From positions 206,028,001 through 206,092,000 of the forward strand of contig NC_058368.1 of assembly GCF_018350175.1 (NCBI RefSeq): a stretch of DNA of 64,000 bases. Reading direction: 5' to 3'. This DNA comes from Felis catus. Its lineage: Eukaryota. Within the stretch, counting starts at the first letter, position 1. Every line of letters begins with the position of its first letter. The position numbers were made by a program, and so were the translations under genes. Shown in pieces: positions 1 to 13,141 of the stretch. A model generated the notes under the pieces. That model had not been told where the DNA came from. It ran no database searches and saw only the letters and a program-made list of their open reading frames with translations.

Positions 1-450
1 TGCCCCCCAAAACTGGTAATAGCGTAGCACCCCCAAAACTGGTAGTACCATAGCATACTACCACAGGTAGTAGCATAGCATTCTTGAGGATGTTTTGGGA
101 AAAGAAAGCAGAAGTTTCCACTCACAGGCTAGGTTTTCTATTTCAACCTGTGTCGTGATGAGATCAGGCAGCAGATAACAAGTTATTGGTCAAGCAGATA
201 TCTTCAAATTTTAGAAAGCAAGGTCGATTTTCTTTTCCAATACAATGTTTCAATATTTTGAGGGAATGCAAGCGCGGCCATCCAACAAAATCAGAATTAA
301 TGGTAAACTGAAAATCTGGCTAAAGTGGAGGGCCATAAGAAAGTAGTGCACACTACTTTTTAATTACCTAAGCATTTTATTTTAACTTAAAACACAGAAA
401 TGCATGATTATCCACCCATTTTCTGACATAGGACCAAGCTCTTATTTTCT

Positions 451-679
451 TTTTATTTCTTTTTTATTTTTTTTTTAATGTTTATTTATTCTCGAGAGAA
501 CAAGAACAGAGCACAAGCACGGGAGGGGCAGGAGAGAGAGGGAGACACAGAATCTGAAGCAGGCTCCAGGCTCTGAGCTGTCAGCACAGAGCCCGACGCG
601 GGGCTTGAACTCACCAACTGCAAGATCATGACCTAAGCCGAAGATGGACGCTTAACCACCTGAGCCACCCAGGCGCCCC
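451..679 (-). mobile_element. Can-SINE (SINEC_Fc-type)
   Basis: Reverse-oriented ggggcgcctgggtggctc head, T-rich tail, TSD ccaagctctt(a/g)ttttct. Confidence 0.95.
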
Positions 680-1273
680 CCAAGCTCTTGTTTTCTAGTC
701 TTTTGATTTCAGCTCCAAGACTTCTTCCTCAAATAAAACAAATACATGACTCACCACCTATGTCATTCCCTATCAGTTCCTCTAAAACCATGTTTAATTG
801 CAGGTGGGGCGCTTCTTTAAAAAACACCTCCGGTTAGGTTCTTTCCCCCAATTCTGATGTCACTGAGCTGGGGAGGGCCTAGTATTTGGCGTTTGTTTAA
901 GATTTCTTCTAGCAAACCCAAATGCATGCAGAGTTGAGAGCTGTTGTTTTGAAGAGAAGTAAAGTGTTAAAGTCACTTTTGAAACAAATTGACTAGAGAA
1001 TGATTTTAAATGTCTTTATATACATAAATTTTATATATGAAATATATGTATTTCGTAATCGTTTACAGTAGTCACATCCCCAGTGAACTCAAAGCAAAAT
1101 TTTTGCAAATCATTTTTAATTGTTCAAAATTCCCAACTTTTTATTTAAAAAGTTCATCACTTGATACAGTTCATTAACTTACACAATCACAATAACAAGT
1201 GGCCTAAATGGATTTGGAAACAAACAACACTGATAAGCCTGTAGCTGCAGAAGTGTCACGCTATAGAAGACAG

Positions 1274-2015
1274 TGTTGCCAAAAGAGATTGCAAGAGGCC
1301 CTAGTTTTCTTGGTCTCTGGGCCAGAAGGAATCGGAGGACAGAACAGACACCGCGGATAGGTGGTGCAAGCAGGAAAGTTTATTAAAGCAAAAGGATACT
1401 CTTAGAGGAAGACCAGGTAGGCTCCAGGGAGCAAATGCCCCAAATTTCTTCGGTTTACAAGCTTTTATTATATTTTGAGTAATTAGGGGAGGAATATTCA
1501 CTGAGGTAAGCAGCCTGCTTTTTTCAGGAATCCAGGTTCTACCCTTTTCCTTTCCTTTTTTGGATTGATCACAGCTGTCACATGGTGATTTTAGGGGCAG
1601 AGACCTTTCAGAACTGCAATGCAAATGATATTATAATGAGGGAAATGTCCGGGTGGCTGGGTGGCTCAGTCCGGTTAAGTGTGGACTTTCAGCTCAGGTC
1701 ATGATCTCATCTTCCAGGAATTCTGAGCTGTCAGAGCCTGGAGCCTGCTTTGGATTCTTTGTCCACCCCCCTCCCCCCACCTCTTTGCCCCTCGTGCTCT
1801 TTCTTGCTCTGTCTCTCAAAAATAAATAAATGTTAAAAAAATTTTTTTTTAATATAATGAGGGAAATGTCTTCTGAGGATATAACAAAGCCTCACCTAGC
1901 TGTTCGTGGGGGATTTTCCTACTGCAACGAGTGGTCTCCCACCCCCCCTTTAATGCCTAACGGGTGCCTTTCTGCTTTGTCCCTCCTCATTACTATCTAA
2001 CTGCCTCCTCTAACA
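1274..2015 (-). mobile_element. Solo LTR (ERV1-like) interrupted by a SINE
   Basis: TGTT...AACA termini and a minus-strand AATAAA near 1379 in an LTR-like context; family not certain. Confidence 0.6.
1651..1852 (+). mobile_element. Can-SINE with internal deletion, nested in the LTR
   Basis: TSD tataatgagggaaatgtc at 1632-1649 and 1853-1870. Confidence 0.92.
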
Positions 2016-2431
2016 AGAGGAACCCATAAACTTGGAAGTCAGGCAATTACCATGGAGGGACTGGGGAACCTAGCCTGGCAAGTCAGTTATTTGGAAGAGA
2101 GTTGAGGGCATCTACTAATTCATATCTTCCAAATTTTTCAATTGTTCAAATAATGTCTCATTTTTATTCAGAGGGTCCTTGAAGATATATGTGAAATCAG
2201 CTATGATTAGGCCCATTTTGCTTACATAAAAGCAGAAGGTAGTGAGAGACTGAATTAAACCCGAGGTCAGGCAGTTTGAGTCAACAGGAATTGAGGTACA
2301 GTTGAACTCATTCCCCAAGCTCTTTGCCATGTGGCCTTCTTTGTCCTCTTCTAGGCTACTATAATGCATGAAGAAAAGGGGGAAAGCTAACTTATTAAAT
2401 AAACTTAAAATTACTGATAAAGAGGTATCAT

Positions 2432-2638
2432 GGGCGTCACCTAAGTGGCTCAGTCGGTGGAACCTCTGACTCTTGATTTCGGCTCAGGTCATGATCTCAC
2501 GGTTGTGAGATCAAGCCCCATTTTGGCCTCTGGGCTCACAGCACAGATCCTACTTGGGGTTCTCTCTCTCTCTCTGCTCCTCCCCTGTTTGGTCTCTCTC
2601 CCTCTCTCTCAAATTAAATAAGTAAACTTAAAAAAAAG
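2432..2638 (+). mobile_element. Can-SINE (older subfamily)
   Basis: tRNA-like head, CT-rich middle, A-rich tail. Confidence 0.9.
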
Positions 2639-3712
2639 AGAGAGATCATGGAAATTTGTGAGAACTTGAGGTTGATATTGTGGCTTGATTCCACTCAACT
2701 CCTGATCATATATATCAGAGGGAACTACAGGCTTCAGAAGGTTAAGAGCCTCCGGGTATCTTCAGTAGCATCTTCTCTATACAGCACTGTCCACACACAC
2801 ACACATACACGCCCATGACTCTGTGTTTGGAAAAGAAATTGAGATTATAATCTAATCTGAGAAAGAATGAAATGTTCTACATCTAGATAAAGTAAATAAA
2901 TATCCTATCTTGTGTATTTTCTCTCCAACAACATTGGCAAAAAGATCAATGAGGGAAGTCAGAAAGAGAGAGAAAATCATCAATAAAACTGGGCACTCTT
3001 TCCTCTCAATGTGTGGAGAGCTGTGAGATAAAGAGGCTTTCAGGCCATCCCTGGTTGGGAAAAGGGTTTTAATTCTTTCAGTGTGAAAAAGGATTTTTGC
3101 TTCCTGAGGAATTGACATGGTAGGTGGCTCTACAGTTACTTTTTCCTCCTCTGAGAAATTGACACCTCCAGAAGTTCCCCTTGACCCCAGCACTCCAAAG
3201 ATCACACACAGCATCTCGTTTCCATGTCGTTCACAAACTGTTCCAGGCGGTGTGGGCAGCTGAGAGCCAGTTCTGACTTCAACCTGACACGCTGAGGGAG
3301 CAAAGACTCCTTGCCTGAGATCAGTGGCAACTTCAAATCAGTAATGACAAATACTAGGAAGCTGATTCTCTTTGGAAACGATGTATAGCTAGGGGTCCTT
3401 CCCTGACCTAAGTGTGGATTTATTTACAGAGGGCAAAGAGGTATAGCTCTACAACAAAGCAAAGAAAAACAATCCCATGTCAATGGAATGCTTAGTATCT
3501 GAGGCCTTACCAGCCACTATACATCTCCATGTTCATGAAGGTTAAGGGCCAAATTTCATCAGAGGTTCCTGTGAGAGAATGATCATAGGAAACAGAAATA
3601 GCAGCAAAAAAGGAAAACCTACCAATTTTTATAATCTTTGTTTTTGCCTCTAACAAAAACCTCCTTTCCTTACCAAACCTTCTGCCTTGTAGGCTAAAAG
3701 GAGTAACCATGA

Positions 3713-3804
3713 GGGGACACCTGGGCGGCTTAGTTGGTTAAGCATCCTACTCTTGATGCTGGCTCAGGTTGCGATCTCCACAATGGACCCGGACCCTGCT
3801 TGGG

Positions 3805-3849
<45 letters not shown>

Positions 3850-3900
3850 CCCTGCTCTCGCTCTCTCTCTCTCTCTCAAAATAAATAAACATTAAAAAAA
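3713..3900 (+). mobile_element. Can-SINE, internally deleted, with (CT)n expansion
   Basis: ggggacacctgggcggctt head, (CT)n run, aaaataaataaacattaaaa tail. Confidence 0.9.
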
Positions 3901-4099
3901 AGGAAAGCACCCTTGAGCTTGGTCTCCTGTTCTGCCATCTAATGTGGCAGGATATCTAGATATAGCTGCCTACTGCTATCCTTTGACAATCACTTGCTTC
4001 CAGAAGCCATTGTGGTTCTGTGGATGCCCAATCAGGTTCAGTCCTGGGAAGTCTGTTTCACACAACAGCTCACCTGTGGTTTCAATGATTCCGCGTAGA

Positions 4100-5120
4100 A
4101 TAATAACAAATTTAAATCATTAGCACAGACTTCTCCACTGAGTTAAACCCAAATAGTCACATTTGTATGTATCTATTTTGATCTAGTTTGTTTGAGTGAC
4201 TTAAAGACACCATAAATTTAACATATGCAGAGAGAAACTCTTGAGTCATTACCCCCTCCCTAAAATTAAACGTCTTATAATATTTTCTATTACAGTTAAG
4301 GCACCAATGTCTATTATCTAATGCAAACTAAAAACCTAGAAACCATACTTTGCAGCTCTCATAACTTACCCACAATAGGCAATTTTATCCGTCTATCCTG
4401 ATAAATATGTCACAAGTTTACCTACTTGTCTCCATTTCCAACTCAACATTTTGGTCCAAATTACCATCCTCTTTCACCTGCTCTACTATAATAACCTCAT
4501 AGACTGTCTACCCATAGCCTTCTTGGCCACCATATCTCTTCAAATCCATTGTCCACATACAGAGGCCACAATTCATTTCTTTTTCAGAATCCGGGCCTGA
4601 GTTTGTCATACGACCCCCGACTTATACCACCAAAGACTTTTCATTGTTTATAAAATAAAGGCAAACGTCTTTCAAAAGCTCTAGAAGACCCTGCCCAGCC
4701 TGGCACACACTCACCTCTCTGGCCTCATCTTGTTCCATGCTCTTGTTTTTCTGCATTTCAACCGCATTGGCCTTCTTTCAGTTCCAGGAAAATCACATGC
4801 TGTCTCTCTTTGTAGAACTTCCATGCCTGATGTTTCCTTTGCTGTGAACACATTCCCTTTCTTCTTTCCATTTTGCCATTCTGAACCTTCCTCACTACGT
4901 CAGTTTTCCTGATTATATGCTTTCTCTTTAATAATGCTAATAATATGAGCAATTCTATTTGTATTGGTGTGTTTGATTAATGTCACTCGGCCGTCACAGA
5001 ACTATAAGCTCTGTGAGCATAGAATCTGGGTGAAATTTTAGTCAGTCCACTATTTCCAGAACATAACACAGTGCTGAGAATATTGTAGTTGCCCAGTCAA
5101 TATTTGAAGAACAAATGAAC
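4100..5120 (-). mobile_element. Ancient L2 LINE remnant
   Basis: Degenerate L2-like motifs (caaatccattgtccaca; ataagctctgtgagc; cagtgctgagaatattgtag; tatttgaagaacaaatgaa). Confidence 0.65.
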
Positions 5121-5374
5121 AGAAATTTCACAAATTCCATTTTCTTCAGTTCTCTGTACTTAACAGCAATTTTAGGTTGGAAAACGACAGCTCATGAGAG
5201 CTAGAAAAGACCTTTAGATGGAATATTTCATGACAACATATTTGGAAAAGGCAAAATGAATGCTCTAACTACAGATAAATGAGAACTTTTTGCCACTGCC
5301 GTTGTACTAAATCCAAATGTATCGCTTGGAAGTCATGCTGTGCACTGTCCTTTACCCCTTTTCTTTTGTTTCAG

Positions 5375-5465
5375 ATGTTTTGACAAAATTAAAGGGTCAT
5401 TGTCAACCAGGACAAAAACAGTTGGGATCTGAATGCATTTGCATGTCTCCAGAAGAAGACTGTAG
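5375..5465 (+). CDS. C6: Complement C6, third-to-last coding exon (linker into FIM1)
   Basis: Polypyrimidine acceptor ttttgtttcag and donor AG|gtgag. Translates (D)VLTKLKGHCQPGQKQLGSECICMSPEEDC(S), matching recalled human C6 DTLTKLKGHCQLGQKQSGSECICMSPEEDCS. Phase 2 end fits the next exon. Confidence 0.96.
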
Positions 5466-5967
5466 GTGAGAGATACTCTATGGACTGTATTTGGAAATTG
5501 GGAAAACCAGTCTCGTGTAACCAGTTTGATAGAGGAGCTGAGCTTCTTGAAGCACAAACACAAAACATATTAATTTTTCACATAACTGATACCCCCTATG
5601 CTCTGTTGATTTCTTCCCCACTGGGTAGCAAGCTTTCTTAATTATCTCTCAGCCCCGTTCCCTAAGTTTGCATGGCATTTGTTTATCAAGACAGTTTTAG
5701 TTTTGTTTATGAAGACTTATTCCTGTCCATAATTGGTTTCAGACTCAATTATCTCAAAGCCTTCCTCTTCCCCCTAACCACAGGGCAAGGTTGTGACTCC
5801 AAAAACTTAGAATAGAGAAAGTGGTATGAACATGGACTTCATGCATATATACTCCCCTTTGTCAGTTTATTTTTCATGCTGGGGTAGAGAGCACGAAGAA
5901 AAAAAATGAAAAATCCTGTGACTGCCATGACTAGATAGCTATCTCCTCTTTGTTGTTATAACTGCCT

Positions 5968-6134
5968 TTTCTTTTCTTTTCTTTTCTTTTCTTTTCTTTT
6001 CTTTTCTTTTCTTTTCTTTTCTTCTTTCTTTTCTTTTCTTTTTTTAAAGTAATCTCTACTTCAATGTGGGGCTCTAACTCACAATCCCAAGATCAAGAGT
6101 TGCATTCTCCACTGACTTAGCCAGCCAGGTGCCC
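5968..6134 (-). mobile_element. Short-type Can-SINE with (TTTTC)n tail microsatellite
   Basis: agccagccaggtgcccc head on the minus strand, TSD taactgccttt. Confidence 0.88.
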
Positions 6135-6185
6135 CTAACTGCCTTTCCTTTAAATGAATAAACTGAGGAGAGTTGAGGGTGCTTC

Positions 6186-6246
6186 TTTTTTGTTTGTTTG
6201 TTTTAATGTTTATTTATTTTGAGAGAGTGTCTGTGAAAGGGGGAAG

Positions 6247-6285
<39 letters not shown>

Positions 6286-6411
6286 TGAGGATCCAAATCA
6301 GGCTCTGTGCTGACAGCAGAGAGCTGGATATGGGGCTTGAACCCACAAATTGTCAGATCATAACCTGAGCCAAAGTCAGATGCTTAGCCGACCGAGCCAC
6401 ACAAGTGCCCC
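6186..6411 (-). mobile_element. Can-SINE
   Basis: tttatttattttgagaga tail, (GA)n, gagccacacaagtgcccc head. Confidence 0.92.
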
Positions 6412-7974
6412 AGGCATCCTTCTTAATTTAAGGGCTTTCAGTCAGATTTAATTCAAAACAGTGTTAGCTAAAGATAAAATTTTGTTTCTCTATCTCACAA
6501 ATAAATGCAGAGGTTGCCAACCTAGGGCTCGTATGGTAACTCTCGTTGCAGATAGGACCGAGGCTCCTTCCTGCTCTTGTTCCACCATCCTTAAATTGTG
6601 TCATGGTCCAAGATTGCTGTGCAGGAGTAGGAAGGGAGAAGACCAAAAGTGGACATTTTCTCTGTTTTTAAGGAGAATTCTCAGAAGACCCATCACTCAC
6701 TTTCGTCTCATTAACCTTTTCTTATTCGTATGGCCACACACACCTTTGACTGGATGCATAGATATATTGAATAAAATTAGAGTTATATTACTGAGGAGAA
6801 GAAAGACTGAATGTTGGGAAGGGAAGCCAACAGACTGTGCCCAGTTGCTATCCTTCACCTTTAACACCAATTAGCTCTCATGTTCCTCTGTGCTGCAGGT
6901 GAACAAACACTTATAGGGACTGATTGATTGATTGATTGATTAACACTATAGGGTCTTTTCCTGTATAATTCCACAAACATAATTCAACCCAGGGGTGGTC
7001 CTACCTACCCCCCCCCCACCTCAATCCTCACCAGGGTGATCCATCATGTAGCTTCTTGCTGCTGGAGTCCCCTCATCCAACAGACAGCCTTCCGGGGAGT
7101 ACCTGCAGCATTCATATTGCCCATTTAATGCAGAAGAAACTTCCTTCTTTGTCTTTCCAATACCAAGTCATGAGAATGCAGACTGTCCTCTGGAACTCTG
7201 AATTTCAGCTCTCCCCTACCTCTCTAGACTCTTTCTGTAGTCCTCTGTTCTCTTCTATACAACATCGAAGGTGTTTGTGGGACTGGCTAGCCCCACAGTT
7301 TAAGTTCTCTGAACACAGGGAGTGGCCTTTTTCTTCTCAGCTCTAGCACCTGGAGATAATTTTGCACACTGATGCCCTGATTGTTAACTCGAAGATTGAC
7401 ATCAGAGAAGAAACTCAAATTTAGAGTAAACCAGCCCTTGTCCTCGCAACAAAAGAAGGACTGTAGCTGCTGATTACCTCCTAGCAGCAAGACCTAGCAT
7501 CTACTTAGGGAGATTAAGCAAGTTACCCAAGGAATGATATCAAAACTGATGTACTTAATCAAAGTATACAAACACACTTGCAAAGCTATGTAATGATAGA
7601 AGACTCTGGTGCTGCAAATTAATGAATGTTAGAGAATTCTGAAGAGGTCCAGACTACATGGGCTAGGTTGATCAGGGCTACCTTCAAAGTGTGGTCAGGA
7701 ATTAAACTGGACACAGACAGGCATAGAAGAGAGACAATACAATGCTGACTGAGCAGGGCATCGGATGCCAGCAAAGGAAAGGTAATCTTATAATTTTAGA
7801 AAATGATCAATATAACTGCCAGGTAATACGGATTAAGAAGGAAAGGAAAGTAATTCTAGAAAGGAAAGTTAGTTGGAGTCAAATTATGGAGGATTTTGAT
7901 TACCAGATTTTAAGAATTCAGACTTTGATTTGAAGACAATTGGGAGTAACACCAAGATTAAGGTGAAATTCTAG

Positions 7975-8170
7975 TGGCTTAGTTGGCTAAGCATCCGACT
8001 TTGGCTCAGGTCATGATCTCATCGTTCGTGAGTTTGAGCTCTGTGTCGGGCTCTGTGCTGACATCTGAGAGCCTGGAGGCTGCTTCAAATTCTGTGTCTC
8101 CCTCACTCTCTGCCCTTCTCTTGCTCATGCTCTGTCTCTCTCAAAAATAAATAAACATTAAAAGAAAAAA
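7975..8170 (+). mobile_element. Can-SINE, slightly 5'-truncated
   Basis: TSD aaggtgaaattctag on both sides. Confidence 0.93.
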
Positions 8171-8357
8171 AGGTGAAATTCTAGAAAGATGAATCCCAGA
8201 GCACACAAGAGGAAAGAAGAGAAGCTGGGGGCATGGGGCAGATGGGGAGGCGGGTCGTCAGAAAACTGGCTGGAAAGATTACATATTATATTGGCTACAT
8301 GCCATCTCCTTTTTTCTAGTCTTCATATATAAATGCGCTCTTTCCTCTCTTGGGCAG

Positions 8358-8599
8358 CCATTATTCTGAAGATCTCTGTGTGTTTGATACAGACACCAAC
8401 CATTACTTTACTTCACCTGCTTGTACGTTTTTGGCTCAGAAATGTTTAAATAATCAGCAACTCCATTTTCTACATATTGGTTCGTGCCAAGATGGTCCAC
8501 AGTTAGAATGGGGTCTTGAAAGAGCAAAACTCTCAACCAACAGCACAAAGAAAGAATCCTGTGGCTATGACACCTGCTACGACTGGGAAAAGTGTTCGG
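8358..8599 (+). CDS. C6: Complement C6, penultimate coding exon (FIM1/FIM2)
   Basis: Acceptor ctcttgggcag, donor G|gtaag. Translates HYSEDLCVFDTDTNHYFTSPACTFLAQKCLNNQQLHFLHIGSCQDGPQLEWGLERAKLSTNSTKKESCGYDTCYDWEKCS (within ORF 8350..8616). Confidence 0.97.
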
Positions 8600-8676
8600 G
8601 TAAGCCCTGGTGGTGACCACGCACTGGAAATGCTCTCTTAGCCTTCATCTCAACAGTTAATCTTATTTGCATTTAT

Positions 8677-8681
<5 letters not shown>

Positions 8682-8742
<61 letters not shown>
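8682..8742. repeat. Compound (CT)n(CA)n microsatellite
   Basis: Directly visible. Confidence 0.98.
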
Positions 8743-8744
<2 letters not shown>

Positions 8745-8935
8745 CCTTTCCTTAATCAAAAATAATTCCTTTACACTGTTTTATAAAAACATTTTATAAA
8801 AATTTTTTATTTAAATACAAAAATATAACCCACTCACTATTAGAAATAACTACCTTAGTAGTTTTAGTGTGAATCTTCCCAATTATTGTTCTATGCATAT
8901 ATAATCATATATGCATATACTACCCTTAAAAAAAA

Positions 8936-9050
8936 GTTTATGTATTTTGAGAGAGATGGAGAGCAAGCAGGGGAAGGACAGAGAGAGAAGGAGGACTCTC
9001 CGCACTGTCAGCAGAGTCTGCTTGGGATTCTGTCTCCCTCTCTCTCAAAA
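8936..9050. mobile_element. Rearranged Can-SINE (minus-strand 3' half fused to plus-strand 3' half)
   Basis: tttatgtattttgagagaga...gggaaggacagagagaga followed by ctgcttgggattctgtctccctctctctcaaaa. Confidence 0.75.
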
Positions 9051-11096
9051 TTGTCTAAATTTTCCTCTGGCATTTGAGACTGGGTAGGGCAACATAGCTA
9101 GAGCCTAGAGCCTAGACTGAGTTCCTCATGGATACTAATTGCCAGAAACATCTTCTTCAAATTTTTTTAAGTCCTTCTGCAGTGCCAGCCTCCAAGGCTG
9201 GCAGTGTTAATCAGGCAGGACTCTCTGAGCCCAGTCAGGGTTTCTCATGGGTTCGGGCACTGTTTCTCCCAGGTGGAACATTCTCCAACCTTCTACTGCT
9301 TCCCTCTCACCATGCATGGGGTCAACCAGATGTTCCAAGGTGCTCTGGGACTCATGCCTGCAGTCATCCATGGCTCCCAGCTAGACTCTTGTTCCCAGAA
9401 AGCAGGGTATTTGCCAGGACTGCTTGAGATTGGCCTGCTAAGTATGGTGCTAACACTCTAATTCAGAGTTACTGTAATTGTTTATATAGAGAAGCATCCC
9501 ATAAAAAAAAAATTCCCCAGGGCCTTATACACAGGAGTGGTCCTGATTATATTACTTTTTTTTTAGGTATCATACTTCACATCTTATTTTCTATATTGCT
9601 GTTTTTCAATTAATATATCATGAAACTATTTTCATGTCATCATATATTATTCTGCTACATAATTTTCAATCTCTGCAAAAGTCCATGTGGACATTCTATA
9701 ACTTATTTAATCTTCTGTTAAGCGTTTAGATTTTTCCCAATATTTTGCTATTATAAGCAGTGCTATAATAGACAAATTGATCACGGATAAATCTATAATC
9801 TTAGATTCTTCCTCAGGATATATTGGTAAATATTATTTTCACATATAAAGTCTTTGTTGGCACAGTGTATCAACTTGCTTTCCAGAAATGTTTCTACCAT
9901 ATTATATTCCTGTCTACAATGTATAAGAAAGACTGCCACCCATACCTTCACCGAAACTTTGAGTTATTACTTCTTTATGTTTCTGCCAACTTGATACTTA
10001 AGAAGGGGCATTACATTTCTATTTTCTGTAAGCGAATTGGCTATGGGCATTTTTGTTTGTGAATTGGAAGCGGAAACTTCACAGCAGTGAATACATTTTC
10101 TCTAAGATGAAGTTTGACCCTGAAACAGTTCAGCTAAGCTTTATATAATACATAGATATGGGCTGAAGATCAGGACTTAGCAGAACTCAAGTATGCAGCT
10201 AGATTTCCTTTGTGACACATCCTCAAAGAACTCTTAGATTGAGACATAAAGTATATAATGGAAACTTGTTGAATTGTTGCATTAAATTTTTGCTAAAACC
10301 ACTTTACCTTTGCAAAAATAAACACAAAAACTTCAATGTTCCCCTTGGCTCTTCAATTCAGTCTTGGAAAAGGAGAGAGGTCTTATTACCCAAATCCACT
10401 TCCTTCCTGATCCACTTAACTCTGATTATCAAGATCCAGCTCCCCTGGGAGGTGGCAGTATTGAATTCATGACAGAGGGTAGACACAGGTGGCATAGTCC
10501 ATAGGCCACCTGAGGGTGGCCACTCGGGAGGTCAATGTCTGAGACTTCTGACCTTCGTGCCATATCTGAACAAGGCAAGTCCACATAAGAGACAGCATGC
10601 CAGGGTCTGATATATATATTGCCCAATTCTGATCAGTATTAAATCACCTTGTGGCTAAATGCTACCATTCATTTTTAACTGCCAGACCAACACCATTACC
10701 CAGCTGACATCTCAGAAATAATGAGGTATTAGCGGATATGATTAGTGTAAGCTTCCGTCCTTCCATTTTTATCATGGAGAAAAGATCTTCATGGAACTCC
10801 ATACTGCAATGATTTTTTTTTTGCTCTTTTTCCACAAATTATTCTTTTTAAATGTGTCTGAGTAACAAATAATCTCTGGCTTGCAATTTCATCAAAATCT
10901 GTCTTTACTATTGGCTCTGTGCTGTACAGATATCTAAATCCACAGCTGCCAGGAGTCTACATTTGTCTAAAACAAGAACACTAAAAAGTTTGAATACTTA
11001 ACCAATATTGCTTAAGTGACCAGAATGTCTTGGGACAGTCAGACTAATACATGAACACTTTATAATAAGATATTTCAGTCATTTAAAATATTCTTT

Positions 11097-11200
11097 CTCC
11101 GATTCTGTGTCTCCCTCTCTCTCTGCCCCTCCCCCGTTCATGCTCTGTCTCTCTCTGTCCCAAAAATAAATAAATGTTGAAAAAAAAAAAATTTAAAAAA
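11097..11200 (+). mobile_element. 5'-truncated young SINEC_Fc
   Basis: Only the 3' half is present; TSD aaaatattcttt. Confidence 0.92.
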
Positions 11201-12940
11201 AATATTCTTTGATCCTACACACAATCAGAATACTGAAAGCATTCCCCACCCCCTAAAGATAAGGTCTGCCTGTGCCAGTCCTCTCTAATTGGTGAGCAAA
11301 AGTCAACGTCATAGAGAATTCTGTTCAGTAGCACTATAGAACAGAATCAATGTACAAACCTCAGTATTTATGAATAAAGAGAAAGCTAAAAATGTATTTT
11401 ATACCCAACCCACATATGGCAAGTTGGGATATTATTAATTTTGAGTTGCATTGAATGTCACCTCGGTTAAACTGTTACTGATGACATTGTGTACTTTGCT
11501 ACTCTTTTCCTTCTCTATCTAAAATGAGATAGAAAAAGTTTAAAAATGGAACTTCAAAATAACATCAAGTTCCCATTTGAAAAGTTAGAACACAAATGGC
11601 TTCATAAGGAGTCTATTTCTATGCACATTGAATGTTTCGCCTAAATTTCAAAAATATCCACCATCAACTAATAGAAGGGGGGAATTTATTCAGCACACAT
11701 CCATTTAGTATCCAAGATGCACAAGTCACTGTATATAATATGAGGAGGACTCTAAAGACAAACGAGCTTTGTACCTTCCAATTGTTCACAGTACTTGGAG
11801 GAGTAACTTTTCATGATAATTGGGTTAATAACTTTGATGTGAGCCAGCATGATATAAGAACACGTAAGAGAGAGAGAGAAATCTTCTGGCCTGGAAGGGT
11901 TTCATAAATATGGTAGCATGAGAATTGAGTGTTGCAGGATGCATTAGTGTAGGTGGTGGGAAGGGCTTTATGGTGCTGGCAGTCTAAAAGTGATCTTGCT
12001 GAGAGCATTTAAGCCACACCATACTAAAAGAATAATGACCATGGCTTTTCCACAAGCCTGGGGAACTGACATCCTCTCCAAATGTGGAACAGTCTCCTGT
12101 CCTTCACTAAACCCTACTGTTTACAACAATCGGCAAGGCCCTCCACAATGAAACTCTTTTCTAACTGGTTGACACAGGGCTTACAAGGCAATGCATGCTT
12201 TTTCATGAAATGTTTTCTACCAAAGATAGGCTATCTATGTGCCTCTGCATATCTCCCCACTCCCTTTCCCTATTTTCTCCCATTGGTTGAGACACATGGG
12301 AAAGAACTGATACCCACCTAAAAGAAGCTACTTCTGAATGACATCATTGCTGATTCTCAGCCTAACTCAGATATTTTGGCAGCATGAGTTACCCCAGATC
12401 TATCAAAATACTTCTTTTTGATTGCTTATACCTACACCCCAAATTCAGAATTGAAATCAATTGACGAAGCAGAATGAATTGAGCACCTCGTTAAGAGCTA
12501 AGTGAGACATCTAGATGAACGAGCGCTCAAACAAAGCACTTATAACTGTCTTGGGAGAAAGACATATATGAAAAGCTAACTAACAAGAAAGTGTAAAAAT
12601 ACCAGATATAGTACTAACAAATTTACACTATTGAAGTCTAGTTAAAACTTTAAAGTTCAGTTGTTGTGGGGGTAAGTGGGTATGAAATACTTCATGGAGG
12701 AGGTGAGCCTGTAGAAACTGGGCATGTGGGAGAGAGTAAAAAAGACCACATCACTGTAGCAAAAGAAGGGGATAGCATGGGCAAGAGGGCAAAAGCTGGA
12801 ACACTGTTAAAGTCTCATTTGGGAAGCAGAAAGAGAGTTACTCTAAGTGGAATTGAAAAAGCAGAAAAGACAATGTTGCAAAAGGATTTTGAGGGCAAAC
12901 TGTAGAGGCTCTTGAACTTTAATTAAAACATGCATGTATA

Positions 12941-13141
12941 GGGGCGCCTGGGTGGCGCAGTCGGTTAAGCGTCCGACTTCAGCCAGGTCACGATCTCGCG
13001 GTCCGTGAGTTCGAGCCCCGCGTCAGGCTCTGGGCCGATGGCTCGGAGCCTGGAGCCTGTTTCCAATTCTGTGTCTCCCTCTCTCTCTGCCCCTCCCCCG
13101 TTCATGCTCTGTCTCTCTCTGTCCCAAAAAAAAAAAAAAAA
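12941..13141 (+). mobile_element. Young SINEC_Fc in the last C6 intron
   Basis: CpG-rich intact head, pure A tail, TSD catgcatgtatag. Confidence 0.96.

Noticed and set aside
1..80. Short direct repeats (ccccaaaactggta twice; tagcatagca-like units) resembling an array
   Set aside because: Only two to three degenerate local copies at the window edge; no repeat-spacer structure, and the context is eukaryotic.
1..5374. The preceding C6 exon (CCP2 domain)
   Set aside because: No matching sequence found by eye; it most likely lies upstream of the window, so this is not evidence of exon loss.
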